In this document: piece after piece, positions 54,001-64,000 of the stretch | Layout: each line of letters begins with the position of its first letter | Position numbering within the stretch: the first letter of the stretch is position 1 | Origin: Phallusia mammillata | Taxonomy: Eukaryota | DNA length: 64,000 nucleotides | NCBI GenBank assembly: GCA_965637545.1 | Contig: OZ281496.1 | Location: forward strand, 24,676,001 to 24,740,000 | Direction of reading: 5' to 3' | Made by a program: the position numbers and the translations under genes | The notes under the pieces: generated by a model | Seen by the model: only the letters and a program-made list of their open reading frames with translations | Told to the model about the DNA's origin: nothing | The model's database searches: none

Positions 54001-57000
54001 ACACGGGTTGTCCCATTGTTTACTGCAAATAACACGAACAAATTGCTACTTGTAGGTGGTTTACAAATGAGCAGTACAATTAGCAGTTATAAAACTGTGA
54101 CCTGCAATTTGCCCATATTCCAAAAACCAGAAAGATGGAGAAAAGTACTAAGCTACACAATGACCGTGTATATTTTCACACGGGGTAAAAATAACGCAAG
54201 CTATTCAGCAGGGGAGCATTTTCGCTATATTGCTGCGCGATTTGTAAGCGCAGGATTCCAGAGTTTTGTCATCGAGTCGGACCCACGAGTCCTTGGAAAG
54301 CATTGTGACCTCATCAATGGCGCCTTGTCGCGTCATAAAGGCTTGAAATAATATAGTGTCGCAGCGTCCGGGCCCCGCATTTGCTCAAAAAGAAAACAAC
54401 ACTGCCGTCAGTTGGCTTTCTTCACACAGACTCATACGACCTTGTGCTGCGCTGCAGGTTGCTTCGCCTCAGTCGATGTGAAATTTCGGAAGGTTGTTTG
54501 TTTTGTATTGTGACTTTTGCTGAAGTTGGAAAGTGCGTTGCAAAGATCTTTTGAACGTCGTAGACGATTGTTGTAGGAAAGTGCGTCCGGTTTTCCAACG
54601 GATATCGCTTGTAATAATCTTCACACAACATGGTTCTTTTTACCATAAATTAACTGGAGTTGGCGAAACCGAAATACGCATATATGTTGACAAAACTATT
54701 TTGGACCTTTTTCACAACATAAATATTACCATGCATAAAAGAATATTATTTTATGTTTGTCAGTTTGTTGTTAATAGACACTTGAACTATTTGAACTCAC
54801 ATTTATTTACTCTTCGTTACAGCGAGTTACATCCAATCAAGGCATTTGATTCGTGCTGAAATGCCCAATGATTCACAAGTCCACTACGAAGTCGGGCAGC
54901 AAGACGGAAGAGAAAGTGTCACTGTGTTCTACGAGCGCCCACAGGTTGCTAAATACCTAATGTCTAAATCGATGTGCATGCTATGAAGAGTGTATTAAAG
55001 ATACAATTCCAAGTTTAGCTTTATAATGAAAAATTTGGTGTTGATTTAAAAACAAACTGTGTCAGGATTTTTTTTCTTTGCAAGCACAGAATTTAATATA
55101 TTGTTCTTGATATCTATAACAACACGTTTGTGCTTAGCGTAATGCTAATAACTATTGGCTTTTCGATTACACTTTACTGACATTACTATTCATTCTTCAG
55201 GTCGGCGCTGAATATACGACAGTCCTATACAAATTCATGTGCCTATCAAGCTGTGTTGGTGGCATCAACAGAAGACCTCTACTTACAGTGTTTACCCTTG
55301 AGTTAGAGTAAGTCAGATGACAGTTTTATTATGTTACAAGTAAATGTGTCGTTAGTATTTTTAACGCTTATGGGTTCTTACAGTGGGCAAGTTCTCGGTC
55401 GACGTGTTGTTGAGGTTCGAATTTGCTCATGCCCGGGAAGAGACAGATCCCAAGAAGAGAGAAAACAACGAAGTCATGCTTCAGCGTCCAACGCAGGGGG
55501 ACAAGAAAACTGCCCTAAACGACGTAAGTTTAAGAGAAGCATAAAAAAAGAGATTTTTTCCTGTTCAAAGACTAAGGAACCTCCAAGACTATAAAACAAG
55601 TTCAAAACAGCAAATAATTATATGTTTGAGATTGAAATAGTGTTAAACAAGTGATAGAAGAAAACAAAAAAAAAGAAAACACATTGTGGTATTGAAAACG
55701 TTGTTGTTTGGTTACCTAATTGCGGGTTTCTTTCTGTTTCAAAACTGAACTGTGTGAAACCAGTGGACAAGGGCTGCAATGTTTCAATTATGTTTGTTCT
55801 CCAACATGACAAAGCATTTTTATGCCCTTTTGCTTATATTAGCTCCTATGGGTTTGCTTTTGTTCAAAAGTGAACTGTATTGTCTTGCATACATCGCATT
55901 TATGGAACTACAACAAAGGCCACATTGATTATAGAACGTACACAACCGAATGTGCACTTCTATTTTCGGAGCTATTGTCTGCTGCACTGAAAGGGCGCAA
56001 TTCGAACTCGACACCGAAACCGGTCAAGCCTGGCGGTTGTCATAGCGACTGTTTTGATTTGACCACGGATGTAACTTTTAAAAGTTGGCAACCAGATGTG
56101 TGATTTGACACTTGCACGAACTTTTCGTGTGACCAGCGCGTGATCTTACATCTCAAGTCATGGAAAAACTATGTTTTCGATTTCTTTCACTAACATTTGA
56201 CTCTGCCGTTTCAGCTTTCAAGAACTTTCAGAGCACTATGGAGATTATACAGAATGTGACCAAAAAACGAAAAGTGTCGCCTAGCAACGGTGAACAAGAA
56301 GAATTTGTACTAAAGGTACCACAAAGCTGTTACCAAAGCTTACATACAATAAACCAATATTCTTGAAACTGGTTTAACTTTGGGTCGCATTTATCCTATA
56401 TCTTAAAACCAGGAAATAATGGTGGTTTTTATTCAATTAAAACCCTCCATAATACAATGTTGCAAATTATTTCTACTTGTAAATCTACTATTAGACCTTG
56501 CGTAACTATGCCTTATTTGTAATGTAGATACGCGGGCGCGAAAAATACGAGATTATACGGAAAGTAAAAGAAGCTTTGGACTTAATGGACCATTTGAGCA
56601 ACGAACAGATCGCCGCCTACAGACGGAAAGAAGACGAGGACCAAGCTAAACAGTACGTTAACAATGTGGTTAAAACACTATGGTAGCATTGTATTTCTGA
56701 CCCGCATAGTGCCATAGCGACACCAAGCGGATATTTTTTTTATATATATTGTAATACTGAAAGTGCTGAACCAACTTGCATTGCGTGGTGATTGGTTTTT
56801 GTTCGAATGAATTTGTTTTCTATATGAATTTTGGTTTTCGTTTTGCAAATATTATTTTGTTTTATTTGGCGTTTCCACTAAGTTTTGGTGGCTCTTTGAA
56901 ATTATGCTTGTTCGTTCAGCACTCCAACCGATTCTGACGTCATCAAATATTGACGTAATAAACCCATCAATTGTTGCGGTCCATAATCGGACGACGTGCA

Positions 57001-60000
57001 ATTTCAAATGGTCATCAAAACTAATCATGTTTTTGTTTTCTTTTTGTTTTTTCCTATTCACCTTTTTTCTACGCCATACTTCATTCTTATCACCCCCACT
57101 TTTACCTATTCGACCCCCCTTTCACCCAAAACTTGACCCCAAAGATTCAAGTTGGAGCCCCAGTTGCCGATGAAGGGATTTCCCCGCAAGCCGGCAAATT
57201 CATCTTCGTTTTGATTCCCACAATGCACTGGTGTAACAGACGCAGCCAATCATCAGTCGCAGAAAGTTCCACAAGTTTCAAGCGGTTGTCATGGCGATTT
57301 CCATTCCTGCATCTCAAAGCGCAAATGTTCCAACTTTTATTACTGCTGGACTTCATCCGTCGGCTGTAACTCAAGCGATTTACTTGCGTTCCACAAAATG
57401 TATGTGATTAGTTCCAAATACGTTACATTCCCGTTTACTGTTTTTGAGCAAATGGGATGTAACTGTGTAGCTTTATCGCATTTTTCTCTGTTTCTTGCCC
57501 ACTATTCGCGTGCCTTTTTTTGCTCACTCCCGCTACAGATAATTTCAACCAAAGTTGCCTTAATGTAATATTCCATCAGGTGGAACAGATTCCGATATTT
57601 TTAGGGTGGATTTTGAAAACAAAACACTTACTTGTATATTGCGAATACAAGGTCACAAAGCGAGCAACATTTGCGATAGGACCGCGCCTAAGCCTGAGCT
57701 ACTGCCAACCACTATAATGCTGACTGATAGCTAAGCCCCACTAAAACTCGCTGCTAACCTCTCACCAATACATATCAACAAGTATATGCGATTAAAGCGT
57801 GTTCCTGCCATACCTACTCGTCTCTTGTTCAGTGTCTACGGTCGCGTTGTAAAGAGTGCGGTTCCGAAACCACGTTACGTTAATTGGTCGGCGCATTAGC
57901 AAATTGTACATACTTTGCGCTTCGTTAAAGTTGCGGCTCTCATGTGGATCGAACTGCCAAAAAAACACCCCAACTTGCTGTCTCAGCCGATGCCGGCTTC
58001 TGGTAAATCATACCCCGCAGAAATTGTCACGTTTTTACGGCCTCGCATTTAGCTCGATAAGATATGTGCCGCTGCTACACCTCTTTCGCACGCGGCGAAA
58101 CTATCGTTGCGCGCCCAATCATACAACATTGATATAAAAAGTTGCCTAACGCTAACACACCCACCCGCATTATATATTAGCTTACAGCCTTGTTTGTTAA
58201 CCTTCAGATTTACATTTTGGCGGTGTTGAACGTACTGTTTCATGTAGTTAAACCAATTCCTGTGCCCACTGTGTTTGCTCCAAAACAGTGCTTCCCGGGG
58301 CAAAAACACCTTTTTCAACCACACGGAATTTTTTGGAAACACCTTTTAGAAATACTCGTATTTTCAAGTTGAAATAAAGTATTTAAATAGTTTTCTTATG
58401 TTTATGTCGTATTGCTGTTACCAGTAGTGCTTGTTTAAGTGTGTTGTTTCTGATCAAAGTATAAAGCTGTATTATTTTGTTCATGAACAAGTCTTTCTTT
58501 TTCCGTTAGCCTAAAATGTTTTCTGGTACAAATTGTTTTCGATGTATGAATTTTTGGCGAATGATATTATCCGTCCCTTTACCAAACCACAAACATATGT
58601 CTACGTGCTTTACTAGCAAACCAGTATACAATCAACCTTTTGGTGCTATTGTTTTGGTGCGTGATGTTTCTTTACCACTGGCCAAAGCATAGACATAACT
58701 AAACCTTTGCCAAATACGATGCTCATTGGTGTTAAAATTTGCACAATAACCATTGTATGCAAATTTTTCCATAAACGCGTCAAACTTTTTCCCCAGTGTT
58801 TGATGACCAGATGTCCTTCAAACACTGCGTTTAAAATGTATTGATGAAATATTTGTTCTGTTGATCTAGGATTATTACACTAATCATGCATGTTTAAAAA
58901 GATTCTTTTAAGTTTGTGTGACAGAGTTCTATACAAATCTATACGTGTGTAAAAATCAATCGCAACAGCACAAATGTTCACTGTTACGTGCGCCCTATTT
59001 ATGACGTAACACCCTCGTCACTGTTCCCTTTTTTGTTCCGCCCCTTTTTTGTATAAAGAGCAGTTGTATGTGTTCCAGTACACGCATGGCGAAAAAATAA
59101 AATTTTCAAAACGGTCATTTCAGAATAGTATCTTCTCTGCAATGAAGTGATTTGATTCAGCACTTTCAGTACAACATAGCTCATTTGGAACTTTCCCTTT
59201 TAGCCCTAACGAGTTGACACTAACGTTTTTTTCCAGAGATGATTGTCATGTTGTGACAACGCAGGATCATACTGGAAATTCTGCTCAGGCACCACAGCAA
59301 GTAAATACCAACGGTAAGTACATAAACAAACACCGTTTTTTAACCAACTATACTCAACAAAATATGTTGCCACAAACCCCCTAAAAACAAAATAAAAACT
59401 AAATAATATATTCCTTAAACCAGGGGTCGGCAACCACTGTGGACCGTTTTTGAAACTAAAATTTTATCGCGGACCGGTCTTCAAAAAAACTACAAATATT
59501 TAGCAATAAAAACGCTTAAATTAGTTTATCATCCCCGGGATACATGGGCAAAATGTTTATAGCATTTATCATGAAAAATTATACGGCCCGGAAGCAAACT
59601 CCTCGCGGGCCGCGGACCGGCGGTTGCCGACCACTGCCTTAAACCAAATCTTATGGGTTAAAACAGTATGCATCCGGTGCACAGTTGGTGACGAGACATT
59701 GGCCGTGCAGGCTAGTGTTGTCAGGTTATTTTGTCACCAACTGCACTTATGGGACCTTTCAAGTCAAAACAATGTATGCTTCTGTCTGCAGATTGCTTAC
59801 TGCTAACCTAAAATTTGTAAAATTATTTCAAAGTCAAACACTACTAATAAAGTTCTCCGACCTCGTCAGCACTCATGTAACACCAAACCTGTGATGTTTA
59901 GCATCCCTGCCACGGTAAATACATTTTTTAAGTTTCATCATATTCAGTTAAATGTATCTTGCAGAAGGTATTACTAAATTGGTTTACAGGAAAAGCGTAA

Positions 60001-61550
60001 AACTTAATTATCACCAGCTGAATATTCTTCTGATATGTAACAGATCCTGCTCCTGCCGTGTCAAGCGTTTTCACCGTTACTGACCCGCTGCCCCCTGTCA
60101 CAGCCACAACCATTGACAACGAACCTTTTTCGATGACCCCCTCCCACTCGAGTCACCCACTTACCGTGACCCCAACGGGAGAGTCCCCGTGTGACCCGTC
60201 GGCGACATGTTTTTCTTATGCAAGCCAGCAGCAGCCTGTGTTTTCGTCTCAAAGCTTTTGGCCGCAAGATGGCAGCACGGGATTCGATGTGCCGGATGGA
60301 CAAGAGAACAAACCACAACCGGCGTTGGAAAGGTAAATTTTTTACCTTTTAGAAAAGCAACCCTTGGTCAGCGTTTAATCTTGTACGAAAATGCTAAAGC
60401 AGTAGCAGAAATGTAAATTATTTTTAAGTGTTTTACTCGTGTTGAAACATTTGTTTGTGACTTTGTTGGCAGAACAGTTGTATGCCCAATATTTTATGTA
60501 CTGTTTCACCAAATGATTTCATTGTGCTTGCCTATAGATACCGATGATGCCGCATAGACGATGTATATTTGTTTACATATTAAATTCATAACCAAGAATG
60601 GAAAGTATTTTCCAAGCAACCAAATCTGCCGATAATAATCTTGGAATATATATATTTCGCCTAAAAGCATTTTTAGTTCCTATAAAAACCTCAAAATAAA
60701 ACATCAATAAAAGGAATCAAAGTAAAAGCACAACAAAACAAAGTGAGACGAAAACACTGAACTAAAAACAAAACACAGTTTGTGAAAATACATTCCATTC
60801 TTAGTTATTGAATTAAATAAACGGTGAACGGTGAGCTGCCTGTTAAAGGGTCAGATACAGCTCAGTTCAAATACTTTCAATATTAAATTCATAAGGATGA
60901 ATGACTTCACTTTCTTATATTCTTATCTTGTATTGTGGGTTTGGTGGATAAAGTTTCAATATTTTTTATTTAACAGACAAAACACCACTGATAGCCAACG
61001 ATTTATGAATCTTTTGAATGGAATTCCGTCTTCACTAGTCAGGGAAGCCAGTGGCCTGTCTACCACTTCCACCACAAGTTCAATAAAACCCGGTACGAAT
61101 GAATACCAAATTTTGTTTATTACTGCGACTTTGTGTTATTTTATTCTAACCCCAAAATATTTTCAGGCCCAGGTCGCCACGTCACTAGAGTTATGTTACG
61201 TCAGACAATATCGCTGAACCGTGACGCGGAGTTTGCAAAACTTTGGAAGGAAGAAAACAAGGTGCGCTAAACTATAAGTAAAAGCAGTTGTAATAGATAA
61301 GGACTTTGTGTGGTAAATTTAGTTTTCTGTGTTTTCCCTTTATGTATGCTGAATATTTGTTTTATCGTGATTCGACTCTTTGTGTTTTCAGGAAACTTGT
61401 TCCACTTCTGACCAGCTGTGTAACTTTGTTACAACAAACGACGACTCGTCTTGGTTGCCAGGCAACATAAAAACTGAAAGAGGCGACGAATGCCAGGAAA
61501 TGGTTCAACAGAATAATACCATTGACACGCCAACCTTAGAGTTTCTTTGA
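24087..61550 (+). CDS. TP63/TP73: p53-family transcription factor, p63/p73-like, 17 coding exons, 828 aa
   Basis: Exons 24087-24372, 25590-25707, 35438-35639, 46592-46672, 46781-46989, 50230-50311, 52859-53036, 54823-54944, 55201-55307, 55384-55523, 56215-56315, 56528-56652, 59237-59313, 60044-60332, 60977-61092, 61167-61261, 61392-61550 are all phase-compatible with GT-AG ends. TAD QEFFNIW; PTYSNNGLM; [49 protein letters not shown]; NLS KKRK; tetramerisation [25 protein letters not shown]; TID-like [10 protein letters not shown]; SUMO motif IKTE. Confidence 0.93.
26866..27044. mobile_element. Tc1/mariner (pogo/Tigger-like) MITE, 179 bp
   Basis: TIRs CAGTAAACCTCG / CGAGGTTTACTG flanked by TA on both sides; internal repeat TTC(A/G)CATAAT. 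Confidence 0.85.
28306..28319. promoter_or_regulatory. RFX X-box motif inside a CpG-dense intronic element (~28080-28560)
   Basis: GTCTCCATAGCAAC fits the X-box consensus GTHNYY-AT-RRNAAC. Confidence 0.45.
30700..31810 (-). pseudogene. Decayed intronless coding sequence of unknown family in intron 2
   Basis: Consecutive overlapping minus-strand frames (31473-31793, 31096-31476, then ~30860-31070 and ~30750-30900) read like one protein broken by frameshifts and stops; TATAAAT about 135 bp upstream. No motif recognised. Confidence 0.35.
33043..33361. mobile_element. hAT (Buster-type) MITE, 319 bp
   Basis: TIRs CAGGGGTGTCCAAACT / AGTTTGGACACCCCTG; perfect TSD CCTTATGG (33035-33042, 33362-33369); GGCCCGC subterminal motifs. 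Confidence 0.92.
33717..33888. mobile_element. Degenerate hAT-like MITE
   Basis: Left CAGTGGTTTTTAAA versus right end (rc) TAGTGTTTCTCAAA; imperfect TSD GTCTCACA/GCCTAACA (6/8). Confidence 0.4.
35100..35360 (-). mobile_element. tRNA-derived SINE
   Basis: Minus strand 35327-35260 reads GCTCGTG-TAGCTCAGTTGGTAGAGC (box A/D arm)...GTGGGTTCGAATCCCAC (box B/T arm). The anticodon arm is degenerate and the acceptor stem unpaired; followed by non-tRNA body. Confidence 0.75.
37850..38930 (-). pseudogene. Decayed ORF fragments, probable TE/viral remnant
   Basis: Overlapping minus frames 38657-38920, 38592-38861 and 37760-38041, with K/R-rich interrupted frames between them. No family recognised. Confidence 0.25.
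39290..41080. mobile_element. Unclassified element A: two divergent decayed ORFs around a TATA/GC-rich centre
   Basis: Left arm on minus (includes ORF 39351-39671); right arm on plus (~40320-41075, one frame with scattered stops); TATAAAAG near 40168. Peptide blocks align with element B. Confidence 0.5.
50620..52700. mobile_element. Unclassified element B: inverted, diverged homolog of element A
   Basis: Plus frame from 52095 through ~52700 with internal stops aligns to A left arm; minus frames 51511-50622 align to A right arm. Confidence 0.5.
59421..59636. mobile_element. hAT (Buster-type) MITE, 216 bp
   Basis: TIRs CAGGGGTCGGCAACC / GGTTGCCGACCACTG (1 mismatch); perfect TSD CCTTAAAC (59413-59420, 59637-59644). 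Confidence 0.9.
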
Positions 61551-62540
61551 CTGCATGTTGACTCTAAGGTTTCTATACATTGATTTTCGTTCGTTTTTCG
61601 GGGGCCTGTATAAACAACTTAGTCCCTTTATTTATTTAAACCGAAAATAGTAGTTACTGACAAGTATTTCTTGGTGTTTGGTGAGCAAAAAACATTGCAT
61701 CTAAATGTACTTTTAGTACCTTTCAAAAAGCCCTCCATCATTTATGGTTCATAAAAACAAAACCCTAATAGTTCCTACAAGCGCGCTGAAAATTCTCCAT
61801 TCGCTTATTATGTGAGGTGCTACGACATTTTTAGTACCTAATTCAAACTTCAAAGTTTGAAATTTTAAGTCCTCAAACCCTTGCCTGTTGAGTTCCACTC
61901 AAGTCAATCAATCGTATTTTCACGGCTGCTCCATCTCTTACGAACTATACAGAAACCCCGCTAGATTTTGTACAAGGCTGCTTTTTGTGTTTCAAATTTG
62001 TCCTTTTTAAATGACTCTTTCGCTTCTGCCTTCATCGCTGCTTTGTTATGTTCGCCTCCAAGCTTCTTTTTTTACCTTCTATGCCTTTTTGTACAGGTGT
62101 GATTTTTAAGTTGATGTTTTCGCGTGTAGCAACACGACTGTCCATAGCAAGTTCTAGAGTGTATTTTGGTAAAAAAAACACGATTTTCTGTCAGACTACT
62201 TTGTAAGCAAACAGGTTGTTTGTTTCTTGTTTTATGTTAACTAGTTAGAAAAATAATTGCACACCGACAAAATACTCATAATTAACCTAAACACAGGAAA
62301 GGCAAGCACCAAAGTCATTTACAATGATTTAACCAAAGCAGCGGTTCTTTGGCGGATTTCAAAGGAGTCTGTGAGATGGTTCCAAGGGGTCCATGAAAGT
62401 AGAAGATTTAAATATTTTTTCAATCCTGAAAAGTGGTAATTGTACGTGCGGGTCCACAAACTTGCTGAATGTATTACAAAAGACCGTTAGTACAAAAAAG
62501 TTTTGGAACTAATGCTCTAAAGTTTATGTACAATTCTGGC

Positions 62541-63958
62541 TTACGAAGAGTCCAACTGGTCATCAGTGTCTTTCGATTCCCGGTAGCAAGCACACACGTT
62601 TTGTACTTTAAAATAGCTATTCTGCTTCAAATGGGCTGACACAATCTTTGCGTCGATTACCTTGGTCACTGTAGAGCTTACATGAACGCCGAGCATCTTT
62701 TCAAGCTTATATCCTGATGCCACAACCATAGAGTTATCATAACCGAGCTTGTGTCTCAGAACACCTGTAACCCAGACATCCTCCAAAGCCAGCAACTCCG
62801 TGGTTCTAGAAATATCGTATAACTCCCTAGACAACTTGACAGGCATCACGTACATCTGTCCAGCACAGAAAAGCGGCCAAACATTTGGAGAGTACACCTG
62901 CTTGTTCGTGTAGTACTTGCTTGCGATACGGCGCAACGGTCCCGCTCGATCGAACCTGGTACTGCCGCATATGATGGGCAAGTTCTCAAGAACATTGTCC
63001 CCACCAGACAAGTCTTGTTTATCGTTTGTTTTTTCAATTAAATCGTTGATTACTTGGAGAATTCGAGGTGGGTTTATTGCCACATCGTCGTCCATTTTCG
63101 CCACAAGGTAATCGGATGGTAAGTTCTCTGAGGACCATTGGAGGATTGCGAGTGTTTTTAGCGACAGGTTCCTAAAGAAATTTTAATTCGGTTCCATAAA
63201 CACGTTTATAGAAAATTTGTAACCGTCATTTTTGATTTTTCGTCTTTGTTAGATCTAATGCAGAAACAATTTTTTTACTCTCGTACATTTCCTTGCAAAT
63301 AGAATAACTTTTTGGGTGTTTTGACTAATCAATGAAGCGAAATCATGCATGTAGGTTAGTTTACTCATACAAATCACTTACTCATAACTGTCGATGTCAT
63401 CATACTGCAGTATATCTCCATATTTTTTGGCTTCCTCGGCGACCGCTGAGTTTTCAGATTCGTCAAGGGACCGACCCAACACAAACACGTTGAAAAACCT
63501 GGTTCCTTTTGCGTAGGTCAGCTTGTTCTGAGTTTTTCGCAGCAACTTTCGCCTGTCTTTGTTTGTAGGACTAGACTCAATCATTGCAATAAAAGACCAT
63601 TTAACACCTGTCAAATTAAAGTTTGAGGCAAAATTTCTATAGAAGTCATTCGCCTTTCAGGTAAAAATTGCTGGTTATCATCGAGCCTAAATTACAACCT
63701 CTGCGAAATTTTAAAAGACCCAATGAACTTGATTATAGATACTAACTCCAAAACTAGAAAAGGATAGTCAGTATTAACGTACGAGTATTAACGTAAGTTT
63801 GGAAATCGTTACAACAGTTTCAAGGCTGAAACTTGTGATATATAATATGAAAGGTGGAAATCGTTACAACAATGGTAACATATAATAGCGATAATTCCCA
63901 GAGTCAATTTACCAATGTTACGATTAGGAGGAATTTGGATCGTAAGACCAGTGCTAAA
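62541..63958 (-). CDS. GT31 beta-1,3-galactosyl/GlcNAc-transferase (B3GALT-like), 5' end outside the window
   Basis: Exons 63913-63958 (tentative), 63382-63607 and 62541-63171 join in frame: ESSPTNKDRRKLLRKT, FVLG, EEAKKYGDIL..D..DSYENLSLKT, AKMDDDV (DxD), SKYY, PLFCAGQMY, EDVWVTG. Confidence 0.88.
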
Positions 63959-64000
63959 CTAATTCCGTCATATTGCTAACGCTGTCACTTCAATACCTAA

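Noticed and set aside
24000-61550. Autoregulatory p53 response elements
   Set aside because: Only isolated half-sites (e.g. AAACATGTCT near 50655) were noticed; no full RRRCWWGYYY pair.
63770-63875. Short duplications GTATTAACGTA x2 and GGAAATCGTTACAACA x2
   Set aside because: Small local intronic duplications with no evidence of function.

Overview
AT-rich, intron-containing animal genomic DNA, not prokaryotic. An ascidian/tunicate-like invertebrate chordate is the most likely source (inference from compact introns, mosaic CpG depletion and a SAM-less p63/p73-type gene). The left third is a dense gene block: DHX34 (minus, ~21 exons) head-to-head with PACRGL, then an intronless SLC43A3-like transporter, a 5-exon CARF-domain/pseudo-SUMO-protease/PHD fusion gene, and an intronless VHL. 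About 37.5 kb (24087-61550) is one 17-coding-exon p63/p73-like gene that I assembled in continuous reading frame (828 aa). It has an N-terminal extension, an FxxIW TAD, an intact DBD, a tetramerisation domain and a TID-like motif, but no intact SAM domain. Its introns hold hAT and Tc1/pogo MITEs, a tRNA-derived SINE and several decayed intronless ORFs, including two diverged copies of an unclassified ~2 kb element with two divergent genes. A GT31 beta-1,3-glycosyltransferase gene (minus, 5' end outside the window) closes the window. Family assignments come from recalled sequence motifs, not database searches; counts and alignments were done by hand.
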